Assembly: GCA_002433895.1 (NCBI GenBank)
Contig: DJJA01000003.1
Span: 288,486-352,485, forward strand
Direction of reading: 5' to 3'
Length of the DNA: 64,000 bases
DNA from: Candidatus Gottesmanbacteria bacterium UBA6580
Lineage (GTDB): Bacteria > Patescibacteriota > Microgenomatia > UBA10105 > UBA927
The notes under the pieces were generated by a model. That model was not told the DNA's origin and ran no database searches. It saw only the letters and a list, made by a program, of their open reading frames with translations. This document shows positions 29,630-38,685 of this stretch, one piece after another. How positions within the stretch are numbered: position 1 is the stretch's first letter; every line of letters begins with the position of its first letter. Both the position numbers and the translations under genes were made by a program.

Positions 29630-29899
29630 GAACATAATCTTCGTTTATATGCGCTGATGTTATAGAGAACGTCGTGACGATTGGTGAATTGGTGTTTGTT
29701 TTTGTAATAAACTTCGTTTTTACGTCACCTATGTGTTAGGTGATATGTATTACCTTTCAATCATGCTCATCGCCGTGGTGACGTACACGCTTCACCGAAA
29801 ATTATCTTTCTAAAACAAACTTTGTGATACATCTCATTACTTGCGGGGATATAGTCGTTGTTTACAGTGTCCTCACTGCCAGGTAATCTATACAAAGAT

Positions 29900-31246
29900 A
29901 TGAAGATTAAATTCCTCGGGGCGGCGGGTACGGTTACTGGGTCTAGTTACGTTCTTACTTCTGGTTCAGGAAAATCCATACTTATCGATCTCGGGATGTT
30001 TCAGGGGCCGGATGTCGATCATCTCAATTATCAACCATACGAATATGACTGCGGCTCGCTCTCAGGGGCAGTGCTCACGCACGCGCATCTGGATCACTGC
30101 GGCAGATTACCGGTACTTTTGAAAAAAGGATTTACCGAATCAATTTATATGACCTCGGCGACAGCGGATTTGACGGAGCTGTCACTGCTGGATACCGCGA
30201 AAATTGCGCTCGAAGATGAGCGGCAACCGTTGTTTGATAAAGCATTGGCAGAGCAGACGTTCCAGCATTTTAAACGGGTGGCGTACCGCGAGCCGTTTAC
30301 TGTGGGCGATTTCACCGTGACACTCCGGGACGCGGGGCATATATTGGGTTCCGCGTATCTTGAAGTAGTTGATACCAAACCGGATTCGGCGATCAAAAAA
30401 ATAGTGTTTAGCGGCGACCTCGGAAACAGTCCCGATGAATTGTTGCCCGACATCGAGCGCATCGCTAGCGCGGATGCCGTGGTGATGGAATCGACGTATG
30501 GTGACCGGCTGCATCCGAGTACAAATCCTGTGGAGGTGATTGCCGCTGAGATAAACGCGGTTGAGGCAATCGGTGGTACACTGCTGATCCCCGCGTTTTC
30601 GCTGCACCGTACACAGGAGCTCATGCATATCATCCGGCACCTCAAGGAAAAAGGAAAAGTAAAAGAAGATACCCAAGTTTTTATGGATAGCCCGATGGCA
30701 AATGCCGCGACCACTATCTATACCCGGTATCCCGAGGATTTCAACGCGCATGTAAAAGAAGAACTGCGGGGATCTGGCCCGTTTACGTTTCCCGGCATGG
30801 TGATTATCCATAAACACAAAGGACAGCGGTTGATAGCTGAAGCGTTGGGTGCCAAAGTGATTATCGCCGGCAGTGGCATGATGACGGGCGGGCGTATTGT
30901 AGGACACGCGGCCACGTATCTGCCTATCCCTTCGACCCGTGTGCTTATCGTCGGGTGGCAGGGCGAGCAGACGTTGGGCCGGGCGCTCCTGGAAGGCAGC
31001 CGCAAAGTAACGATTGCCGATAAAGACGTAAGTGTAAAAGCCACGGTTACCGATACCCAAGCGATGAGCGCGCATGCCGATCAGCAGCAGCTTATGGATT
31101 GGCTGCAGTCGATGAAGGGAGTGCAAAAAGTATTTCTTACGCATGGCGATGATGAACCACGCCAGGCACTCGCCGCCAAGATTACCAAGGATTTGTCGAT
31201 TGGTGATGTGGCACTACCCCGGATGCACGAAGAGATCAGTGTGTAG
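29900..31246 (+). CDS. MBL-fold/beta-CASP ribonuclease family protein
   Basis: FLGAAGTVTGS, THAHLDHCG, AGHILGS, FSGDLG, MESTYG, SAHAD. Confidence 0.92.
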   Translation: MKIKFLGAAGTVTGSSYVLTSGSGKSILIDLGMFQGPDVDHLNYQPYEYDCGSLSGAVLTHAHLDHCGRLPVLLKKGFTESIYMTSATADLTELSLLDTAKIALEDERQPLFDKALAEQTFQHFKRVAYREPFTVGDFTVTLRDAGHILGSAYLEVVDTKPDSAIKKIVFSGDLGNSPDELLPDIERIASADAVVMESTYGDRLHPSTNPVEVIAAEINAVEAIGGTLLIPAFSLHRTQELMHIIRHLKEKGKVKEDTQVFMDSPMANAATTIYTRYPEDFNAHVKEELRGSGPFTFPGMVIIHKHKGQRLIAEALGAKVIIAGSGMMTGGRIVGHAATYLPIPSTRVLIVGWQGEQTLGRALLEGSRKVTIADKDVSVKATVTDTQAMSAHADQQQLMDWLQSMKGVQKVFLTHGDDEPRQALAAKITKDLSIGDVALPRMHEEISV

Positions 31247-31247
31247 T

Positions 31248-32363
31248 CTATTTTAGAAAGCGGGGAAACACGGAAGACGTGAGTTCCTCTATACCTTCCC
31301 GTGTTTTGGCAGAGACGAGTACATGCGGCATGTCATGCGCAAGAAATATAATCCGTTCGCGATCTTTGGGGGCGACCGCATCCATTTTATTAAACACCAT
31401 TACTTCTTTTTCTTTCGGAATGTGGAGCTGATCGAGGATTTCATGTACCACCCGGATTTTTTCGACCACGTCGGGGTCAGACGCGTCCACGACATGGAGG
31501 ATGACGTCAGCGTGAATTGATTCAAGGAGTGTAGAGGTAAACGCCTGGATGAGTGAGGGTGGTAAATTTGCGATAAATCCGATGGTGTCCGTGATCACCA
31601 CCTTGGTTCCTAGCTCCTGCATATAGATTTCCCCGACCGTACTATCGAGGGTCGCAAAGAGCGCGTTTTCCACTACATGTTTTTTGTGGGTGAGTACGTT
31701 AAAGAGCGATGTTTTGCCGGCGTTGGTGTATCCCACGATGGAGATGGTTTTGAGCCCCAGGTTTTTCCGGTGCTCCATCTGTCTTTCGCGGTTTGCCGTG
31801 AGTTTGTCGAGTTGGTCTTTCACCTTTTTTATTTCGCGTTTCCAGTGGCGCTCCATAAGCTCCGTATTGGTTTCTCCTATTCCACGGGTGCCGATGCCGC
31901 CTCCTTGGCGTGATAGTTCCATACCCATGCCGAAAATTCTGGGTCCCATGTGGTGCATACGGGCAAGTTCAATTTGCAGGTTGGCTTCCGTAGTGCGGGC
32001 GTGTTTAGAAAAAATCGCAAGGATGAGGTCGACCCTGTCCCATACTTGTATGTTTTTTTGTATCCCCCAAAACGATTTAATGAGGGTAAACTTTTGGCTT
32101 GGCTTCACGTGACCGTTAAGCAGTACGATATCAGTAGGGTGCGTTGTGAGGTACTCTGCAACTTCGCTTACTTTACCCTTTCCTATGTAGGTAGCCGCGG
32201 TAACATGTTCATGTTGGGTGATGATATCGGTAATCGTCGCGTTACCCAATGTCTCGGTGAGCTGCCACAGCTCCGTGATGTCATGCTCCATTTCCGAGCG
32301 GCTTATTTTCGGGCGCGCGAGGTAGACTAAAAGAATATGTGAAGGTTTCGTAATTTCAGGCAT
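31248..32363 (-). CDS. hflX: GTPase HflX
   Basis: GGGIGTRGIGET, VGYTNAGKTS, LFATLD, DTIGFI, NKMD. Confidence 0.95.
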   Translation of the reverse strand: MPEITKPSHILLVYLARPKISRSEMEHDITELWQLTETLGNATITDIITQHEHVTAATYIGKGKVSEVAEYLTTHPTDIVLLNGHVKPSQKFTLIKSFWGIQKNIQVWDRVDLILAIFSKHARTTEANLQIELARMHHMGPRIFGMGMELSRQGGGIGTRGIGETNTELMERHWKREIKKVKDQLDKLTANRERQMEHRKNLGLKTISIVGYTNAGKTSLFNVLTHKKHVVENALFATLDSTVGEIYMQELGTKVVITDTIGFIANLPPSLIQAFTSTLLESIHADVILHVVDASDPDVVEKIRVVHEILDQLHIPKEKEVMVFNKMDAVAPKDRERIIFLAHDMPHVLVSAKTREGIEELTSSVFPRFLK

Positions 32364-32431
32364 CGGTTCATTATACCCGATGTGTGTGGAGGGAAGGAGA
32401 AATTTGCGTGCTGGGCGTATAATATACGCAT

Positions 32432-32677
32432 ATGACAAGAAAAGGACATCAAGAAGCACGACCACAGTCCCCGGGGACATTGCCCGGATACGCGTCAGAA
32501 AGATCAGTAAGAAGGAGACGGACGATAGGAACAAGGCGCCCCCTTTCAGTCAGTGAAGAAGCGGATTTATTAGCAACCGGACTGACGAGGCGCGAAGCGT
32601 CACGGATGTCTCCTCAGCAACTGAAAGAACTAGCAGACGCGGCGGTCAATCGGTCTGATATTTTCCTCGGATCGTAA
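32432..32677 (+). CDS. Hypothetical protein
   Basis: 81-aa ORF with TATAAT 8 nt upstream of the ATG. Confidence 0.45.
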   Translation: MTRKGHQEARPQSPGTLPGYASERSVRRRRTIGTRRPLSVSEEADLLATGLTRREASRMSPQQLKELADAAVNRSDIFLGS

Positions 32678-32683
32678 TTTCCG

Positions 32684-33229
32684 TTACGCGTCTTCCGCGT
32701 CAGGGGGTTCGGGAGGAAGGAATTCTTCACCGTTTGGTTTATCTGACGGATATTCGCCGGGTTTAAGCCACTGTACATACGTACATCCTGTTGCTTGTTT
32801 TTTCTCGCGGTCCCAGCCGGATGTCGAGCATTTCTTCATTTTTTTGCCAGCCGCGGTCGTATAGAGCACGAGTGGCTTTCCGCATTCAGGGCACGCTTCA
32901 TCCAGAGGTTCGGTGGTTCCGTTTATCCACTCCACATAATCACAACCTTCGGCTTTTTTGGTTTCTTTGTTCCAGGTATTGGTGGAGCATTTCTTCATTT
33001 TTTTGCCAAACCGGGTGACAACCAAGACGACCGGGGAGCCGCACTTGGGGCATTTTTCATCTAATCCTTTGGGTTCAGGGACTATCCACTTTACGAAATC
33101 ACACCCTTCGTTTTTATGGGTTTCGGGGTTCCATCTGCCGGCACTGCATTTTTGCATCTGTTTACCGGATTTGGTTTCCTGTACTGGATTTAACGGGCTA
33201 CCGCATTTAGGACAATTTGTATCTGTCAT
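32684..33229 (-). CDS. Stand-alone topoisomerase-type C4 zinc-ribbon repeat protein
   Basis: Three CPxCG...KKCS...GCxxVxW repeats. Confidence 0.85.
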   Translation of the reverse strand: MTDTNCPKCGSPLNPVQETKSGKQMQKCSAGRWNPETHKNEGCDFVKWIVPEPKGLDEKCPKCGSPVVLVVTRFGKKMKKCSTNTWNKETKKAEGCDYVEWINGTTEPLDEACPECGKPLVLYTTAAGKKMKKCSTSGWDREKKQATGCTYVQWLKPGEYPSDKPNGEEFLPPEPPDAEDA

Positions 33230-33372
33230 ACTGGGTAGTGAAATTTCGACCATTGCGTTATTACGCTGGCGAAAGTTCAGGCTCCTTTCATTGCTCAATA
33301 ATATGTTATGTCGGGATTGTCTATTCAACGCGCAATGAACAAAAGCGTGTCGAAATTCTACTACCCGGCATA
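33227..33372. mobile_element. Non-coding 138-bp MITE-like relative of the GIY-YIG element
   Basis: CATA(33227-30)-CTGGGTAGTGAAATTTCGAC(33231-50)...GTCGAAATTCTACTACCCGG(33349-68)-CATA(33369-72). Confidence 0.8.
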
Positions 33373-33435
33373 TGGTGAAACTATAGCGGGAGTTTGGTGG
33401 GGATGCAAGCGGCAGAGTGGTATACTTTATATCCT

Positions 33436-33804
33436 ATGCCTCGTAGGAGTATTGCCGCTCATGTTCAGTTTGCCCGCCGTATCGTGCAGGTCATGGATTT
33501 GCGGTTCAATGTATTGGGCGTGCGGTTTGGGATCGATCCGATGCTGGATATTATCCCGGGCGTGGGCAACGCTTTGGCCGCACTTACGTCGTGTTATCTC
33601 TTTTGGATTGCGTACCGCCTGGATGTGCCCCGATGGGTGTATTTGCGGATGTTGTGGAATATCACGGCAGATTATGTGTTGGGAGTCGTGCCATTTATCG
33701 GTATTGTGTTTGATGTATTTTTCCGCGCGAATGTAAAAAACTTCGCGTTACTTGAGAAATACTTCGATCCTGATATTTTGGTCGGCGAAGTTATCGATCC
33801 GTGA
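33436..33804 (+). CDS. DUF4112-family membrane protein
   Basis: MD..F...GVRFGIDP...IPGVG and PFIG.VFD.FFRANVKN. Confidence 0.88.
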   Translation: MPRRSIAAHVQFARRIVQVMDLRFNVLGVRFGIDPMLDIIPGVGNALAALTSCYLFWIAYRLDVPRWVYLRMLWNITADYVLGVVPFIGIVFDVFFRANVKNFALLEKYFDPDILVGEVIDP

Positions 33805-33810
33805 CGTGTA

Positions 33811-34503
33811 CTATTGTTCAAATGGGCGAGGCGTAAATTGGTTAACTAACCGCGGCCCGTTGTCATGTATCGCGACATATGATGTCCGTTTGAGGTGCGT
33901 GTCTACCATACCCGCGTTTATGTACCGTCTCGGCACATCAAATTCCGCTAAATGGGTATGGCCGACTATTTTCCATACGGAAGGTTTATAGAGTTTATCT
34001 AATTGTGTTTTTTGTTCTTCATTCCATGTTTTATATAACCGGTATAGTCGTTTGGAAAAACCATCGGTCAGCGCGTGTTCCTGGAGCCATTTCCCGATGG
34101 GGTATAGCGCACGGACAAACCGGTGTTCGACGAGTTGGTCAGCGTGACGCCACGAGTCCAGTGTGTGACCGTGAAGCACGGCATAATCTGTGCCACCTCT
34201 GCTGAATTGAAACGCGTTTCTGACGGCAACATCCCAAAATAGTTTCTTTTTGGGTATGGCCATTCCGTCATGGTTACCCGTGATGTAGACTGCGTTTTTT
34301 TCACGGAGAGGCCGGAAAAGCTCGCTCCACCCAGACCGGGTAAAATCATGGTAGTTGATCCACCAGTTGTCCCAAAAATCCCCATTGATTATCACGCGGT
34401 CACTGACGCGTATGATGGAGCGTAAAAATTCCAGTCTTGGTCTGTCGCGTTTTTCCCGGTACGGTCCGAAGTGCGTATCCGAGATGACAATCTCATGAGC
34501 CAT
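33811..34503 (-). CDS. Metallophosphoesterase (LpxH-like fold)
   Basis: ISDTHFG, INGDFWD, GNHD, HGH, GHTH. Confidence 0.88.
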   Translation of the reverse strand: MAHEIVISDTHFGPYREKRDRPRLEFLRSIIRVSDRVIINGDFWDNWWINYHDFTRSGWSELFRPLREKNAVYITGNHDGMAIPKKKLFWDVAVRNAFQFSRGGTDYAVLHGHTLDSWRHADQLVEHRFVRALYPIGKWLQEHALTDGFSKRLYRLYKTWNEEQKTQLDKLYKPSVWKIVGHTHLAEFDVPRRYINAGMVDTHLKRTSYVAIHDNGPRLVNQFTPRPFEQ

Positions 34504-34567
34504 CCGCGGATTATACAAAAAAATCCGTGATTTGTGAACTATAGGGCATAATAATGCGCGGGGAGCG

Positions 34568-35203
34568 TTATATGCCGGAGGTTGTTCCTGACTGCGTTGC
34601 CGGCGTTGGGGTGGTGGCGGATCCCGCTACGGTAAACGAGCGGCGCAGGATTTTTTCTTCTCCGGATACGATACTTTTTACCCGAAGATCGAGCTGCTTA
34701 TTACCCGGCGATAATCCGTACATACACACTTCCCGGTCGGTGTAGTTGCTCCAGTTACTGCCGTTTATCCGGTATGACCAGACCACCGAACAGTAATTGC
34801 CGCCCTGGCGCGGGATATCCAGGCACACAGGGTCGTCTGATATAGTACTATTTTCCTCCGGATACACGATGTCGATGGGTCCCACGCCCGGTGTGCATTG
34901 TGCGGAAGGAGTATTGGTGGGAGTCGGGTCAACCGGTGTCACACGCACAGTTGGGGCTGGCGTATTTACTATAGGGGTTACAACGGGTGTAGGTGTGGGC
35001 TCTGGTTTTTTTTGGTTTTGCAGGTTGGAAACGTTACTGAGTAACACGGTGAGTAGTACCGGGATAGTAAGAAACGCGGTGATAAATTCCAAATACCGTT
35101 TTTTATCGGGCAAACGGCGGTACCACCGCCTGACCTTTTCGAGAGTAGACAAGCCGTTTGCGCTGTTTGAACCACGAGAATGATGAGAGTTTTCCGTATT
35201 CAT
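34568..35203 (-). CDS. Membrane-anchored Pro/Thr-rich protein
   Basis: One TM segment, PT linker and a Cys-containing beta domain. Confidence 0.7.
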   Translation of the reverse strand: MNTENSHHSRGSNSANGLSTLEKVRRWYRRLPDKKRYLEFITAFLTIPVLLTVLLSNVSNLQNQKKPEPTPTPVVTPIVNTPAPTVRVTPVDPTPTNTPSAQCTPGVGPIDIVYPEENSTISDDPVCLDIPRQGGNYCSVVWSYRINGSNWSNYTDREVCMYGLSPGNKQLDLRVKSIVSGEEKILRRSFTVAGSATTPTPATQSGTTSGI

Positions 35204-35301
35204 GGAGGCTCTTATTGTACCAGATATACGCTCTCGGGGTGAAATCAGGGGAAAATAGGGGCGTGACGGTGTTTGTTTTTTATGTATAATAGAAATCCGC
35301 T

Positions 35302-35940
35302 ATGAAGCAAGCATATATCTGGGTTGGAGTTATCAGTATCATATTGTTTGCAGCGGTGATTTATGTCCGTATGCCCAAAGGAGATGCTATGTCAAAGAAA
35401 AATCAGCCACAAACGAGTATAGCGCCGGAACGAATTCCCACACCGACCATGACGCCTATAGATGTGAATAAAACATATACCGCCAGGCTCGAAACAAGCG
35501 TTGGCGATATTGTCATTGACCTAACCGCCAAAGAAACACCCAAAACGGTGGGTAATTTTGTAAACCTTGCCCGCACCGGGTTTTATGACAACACCATATT
35601 CCACCGGGTGATCGATGGGTTTATGATCCAGGGCGGTGACCCCAAAGGAAACGGGACGGGGGGACCCGGGTACAAATTTGATGACGAACCGTTTGAGGGA
35701 AGTTATACCCGTGGCACCGTCGCTATGGCAAATTCGGGACCCAACACCAACGGAAGCCAGTTTTTTATCATGCACGCAGATGAGGCGTTGCCTCCTGCTT
35801 ATGTGATTTTCGGCAAAGTCAGCGAAGGCATGGAAGTTGTCGATAAAATTGCCACCGCGGCAACTATCCAAGACGGCCGGGAAAATTCCCGTCCGGTAGA
35901 GCCCGTCGTCGTTAAAAAGGTGACGATTACCGAACAATAA
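35302..35940 (+). CDS. Cyclophilin-type peptidyl-prolyl isomerase (membrane-anchored)
   Basis: FHRVIDGFMIQGGDP and AMANSGPNTNGSQFFI. Confidence 0.95.
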   Translation: MKQAYIWVGVISIILFAAVIYVRMPKGDAMSKKNQPQTSIAPERIPTPTMTPIDVNKTYTARLETSVGDIVIDLTAKETPKTVGNFVNLARTGFYDNTIFHRVIDGFMIQGGDPKGNGTGGPGYKFDDEPFEGSYTRGTVAMANSGPNTNGSQFFIMHADEALPPAYVIFGKVSEGMEVVDKIATAATIQDGRENSRPVEPVVVKKVTITEQ

Positions 35941-36010
35941 ATCCCGTAATGTAGCATACACCCGAGTTCTTCCCCTGGTGGTACTATGAGTGGTGAAGGG
36001 GGAAGATGGT

Positions 36011-36409
36011 ATGAAAGGGTATACCGCAAACATTGAAAAACTTACCGAGGCGAATAAAAATTTCCGTTTTGTCCTCTATACCGCCAAACACTGCCAGCTT
36101 GTCGTGATGAGCCTTAAGCCGGGGGAAGAAATCGGCATGGAAACCCATACCGAAAATGACCAGTTTTTCCGCGTGGAATCGGGAGCAGGAAAAGTGATCA
36201 TCGATGGTATTTCACATGACGTGTCCGATGGATTTGCGGTCATAGTACCAGCGGGAGCGACACACAATGTGATAAACGTGTCGCCAACTGAACCGCTAAA
36301 GCTCTATACGCTGTATAGTCCCGCGCATCACGCGGATGCCGTGGTGCACCGCACCAAAGACGAAGCGCTTACGGATGAGGAAGAATTTGACGGCGTGACG
36401 ACAGAGTAA
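36011..36409 (+). CDS. Cupin-domain protein
   Basis: EEIGMETH...DQFFRVESG...VPAGATHNVIN. Confidence 0.88.
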   Translation: MKGYTANIEKLTEANKNFRFVLYTAKHCQLVVMSLKPGEEIGMETHTENDQFFRVESGAGKVIIDGISHDVSDGFAVIVPAGATHNVINVSPTEPLKLYTLYSPAHHADAVVHRTKDEALTDEEEFDGVTTE

Positions 36410-36420
36410 AAAATCCTGTA

Positions 36421-36747
36421 TCAGGATTTCTTGTGTTCCTTCTGGATAGTTTTCCAGTGATAGAGGTAGAGGGGTAATCCTATGGCGATCATGGCGAACG
36501 CGCCGGAAAACTCCCGTTGCCGGTTCCGTGTCTGTTCGCGGGACGCTTGTTCTTTTAGTTGCTGTTCTTCAGCGGGGGTGATTTCTTCTCCTTCTATTTT
36601 CGGTGCCATGTATTCGTATCTATCCGCTTCACGGAATACAAACACTTTGAGTCCCAAATCAACCATCCGCACAGACCCGATAACAACGGTAAGCAATCCG
36701 ACAAACGAAAACAGATAAAGGTAAATAAAGCGCACACTGAGTTTCAT
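36421..36747 (-). CDS. Two-TM hypothetical protein
   Basis: YLYLFSFVGL...GLPLYLYHW. Confidence 0.7.
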   Translation of the reverse strand: MKLSVRFIYLYLFSFVGLLTVVIGSVRMVDLGLKVFVFREADRYEYMAPKIEGEEITPAEEQQLKEQASREQTRNRQREFSGAFAMIAIGLPLYLYHWKTIQKEHKKS

Positions 36748-36794
36748 ATATTTATCATATCATACGTTGTTTGGTTGTCTGCTATACTTCTTCC

Positions 36795-37343
36795 ATGACA
36801 AAATCCGGAAAATTACAGGTAATCGCTTCGCGTATCGCGCGGTGTAAAGAGTGTAAGGCGGGAAAAAGCGGACTACCGGTGCCGGGCGAAGGAAATCCTG
36901 ACGCCGATATCGTATTTTTGGGCGAGGCTCCCGGGAAAAACGAAGCGGCGACAGGACGCCCATTTATTGGCAGAAGCGGTCAATTGCTCCGTAAACATAT
37001 CCGGGAAGCGGGACTAACGGAAGAAGACGTGTACATCACTAGCCCCGTAAAATATTTGCCCGACCGGGGCACCCCGACGAAACAGGATATCCGTCATGGA
37101 AAAATTCATTTATCCGAGCAGCTAGCTGTCATTAACCCGAAAATTATCGTGCTTTTGGGGGCAACCGCGGTGTACGCCATGCTGGAGCGCACCGAGCCGA
37201 TTATGAAATCGCATGGCACGATTATAAAGGAGGGTGAACGCACCTACTTTATTACGTTGCATCCGGCAGCCGTCATACGGTTTCCAAAATACGCGCCGCT
37301 TATGCGGCAGGATTTTGAGAAACTCGCATCACTTATTTCCTGA
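36795..37343 (+). CDS. Uracil-DNA glycosylase family 4-like
   Basis: GEAPG.NE...GRPFIGRSG, LLGATA, TLHPAA. Confidence 0.92.
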   Translation: MTKSGKLQVIASRIARCKECKAGKSGLPVPGEGNPDADIVFLGEAPGKNEAATGRPFIGRSGQLLRKHIREAGLTEEDVYITSPVKYLPDRGTPTKQDIRHGKIHLSEQLAVINPKIIVLLGATAVYAMLERTEPIMKSHGTIIKEGERTYFITLHPAAVIRFPKYAPLMRQDFEKLASLIS

Positions 37344-37379
37344 TATCCAGTTACCGCTGATTTGTTATACTCGCCTCAT

Positions 37380-38141
37380 ATGGCATGGCAAAAAGGAGCA
37401 AAGCTTTACCGCCCTGGTTCGTCTGAACCGTTTAAAGTGAGCCGGAGCAAAATTGATTTATTCCGTGAATGCCCCCGGTGTTTTTATCTCGACCGCAGGC
37501 TAGGTGTTTCCCGGCCGAGTATGCCGGGATTTTCGCTTAATTCAGCGGTTGATCATCTTTTGAAAAAAGAATTTGACGCGTTACGGAAAAGCGGTAAGCC
37601 GCACGAGATTATGAAACGGTACGGCGTTGATGCGGTACCATTTGTGCATAAAGACCTTGATGTTTGGCGGGAAAATTTTGTTGGTAAACAGGTGCTTCAC
37701 GGACAAACGAATTTTATTGTTTTTGGGGCGGTCGATGATTTGTGGGTTAACCCCCAAGGCGAACTTATTGTCGTTGATTATAAATCCACATCGACCGATA
37801 AGGAGATATCGCTGGAGGATCAGTGGAAAGTGGCGTATAAAAAACAGCTTGAAACATACCAATGGCTTTTCCGTGAGAGCGGTTTTGCCGTGAGTAATCA
37901 AGCGTACATCGTATACGCAAACGCGGCCAAAAGTCCGGCACAGTTTGACGGCAAATTAGAATTTGAACTTACTTTACACGAGCACCGCGGTGATACAAGT
38001 TGGGTTGGTCCCATGCTGGCCGCCATGAAATCGTGTTTGGAAGATACGTCTATTCCAGATGCTTCCACGACCTGTGAGTACTGTATATATAGAAAGAAGG
38101 CGGGGACATACGAGACCACTCAGGGACAGCTTATGTTGTGA
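37380..38141 (+). CDS. PD-(D/E)XK nuclease (RecB/Cas4-like)
   Basis: SRSKID...CPRCFY, GAVDD, VDYKST, QLETYQW, CEYC. Confidence 0.85.
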   Translation: MAWQKGAKLYRPGSSEPFKVSRSKIDLFRECPRCFYLDRRLGVSRPSMPGFSLNSAVDHLLKKEFDALRKSGKPHEIMKRYGVDAVPFVHKDLDVWRENFVGKQVLHGQTNFIVFGAVDDLWVNPQGELIVVDYKSTSTDKEISLEDQWKVAYKKQLETYQWLFRESGFAVSNQAYIVYANAAKSPAQFDGKLEFELTLHEHRGDTSWVGPMLAAMKSCLEDTSIPDASTTCEYCIYRKKAGTYETTQGQLML

Positions 38142-38158
38142 TACACTGGAAAATACCC

Positions 38159-38680
38159 ATGAAACAAAAACCTGTCCGCCGGAAAAAAGTGTCAGAAAAA
38201 AAGTCCTCCGTTCTGTGGCTTCCACTGCTTGGTTGGATAGCATTATGTGAAGCCGCCGGTATTGTTGGTTCATTTTTTACCGTTTCGGCAATCCCCACAT
38301 GGTATGCCACATTGGCGCGCCCATCATTTAACCCGCCAAACTGGGTATTCGGTCCGGTGTGGACAGTGCTGTATATGCTGATGGGAATATCCGCGTACCG
38401 CATATGGCGGTTGGGAGTACATAAGCCGGCAGTAAAGGCCGCGATCTCTCTGTTTCTCGTGCATCTGTTTTTTAACGCGCTCTGGTCGATATTATTTTTC
38501 GGGGCAAAAAATATTCCACTCGCGTTTGCCGATATTGCAATTATCTGGGTGACGCTGGTGTATTTGATATTCCGTTTCGAGAAATTGGATCGCGTAAGCG
38601 CATATCTGTTATTGCCGTATCTTGCCTGGGTATCGTTTGCGACCGTTTTAAACTACAACTACTGGTTGCTCAATATTTAG
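38159..38680 (+). CDS. tspO: TspO/MBR tryptophan-rich sensory protein
   Basis: WY..L.RPSFNPPNWVFGPVWTVLY and PYLAWVSFA. Confidence 0.92.
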   Translation: MKQKPVRRKKVSEKKSSVLWLPLLGWIALCEAAGIVGSFFTVSAIPTWYATLARPSFNPPNWVFGPVWTVLYMLMGISAYRIWRLGVHKPAVKAAISLFLVHLFFNALWSILFFGAKNIPLAFADIAIIWVTLVYLIFRFEKLDRVSAYLLLPYLAWVSFATVLNYNYWLLNI

Positions 38681-38685
38681 GAAAT

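Larger units (their letters stand above)
26447..29655. other. AT-rich horizontally acquired restriction-modification island
   Basis: Visible shift to AT-rich sequence and codon usage; carries an REase and two MTases; bounded by dif-like inverted arms. Confidence 0.75.

Noticed and set aside
29660-29813. Small hairpins and a short hydrophobic reading frame after the RM island (attC site or pseudogene)
   Set aside because: No convincing RYYYAAC/GTTRRRY pair, and the fragment is too short to assign.
30145-31144. Long antisense ORFs here and opposite ftsK, rpoBC, tuf and other genes
   Set aside because: Shadow frames of well-supported genes, with no motifs or start signals of their own.
37380-38141. 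Cas4-like nuclease as part of a CRISPR-Cas locus
   Set aside because: No cas1/cas2, effector genes or array nearby; treated as a solo PD-(D/E)XK nuclease.
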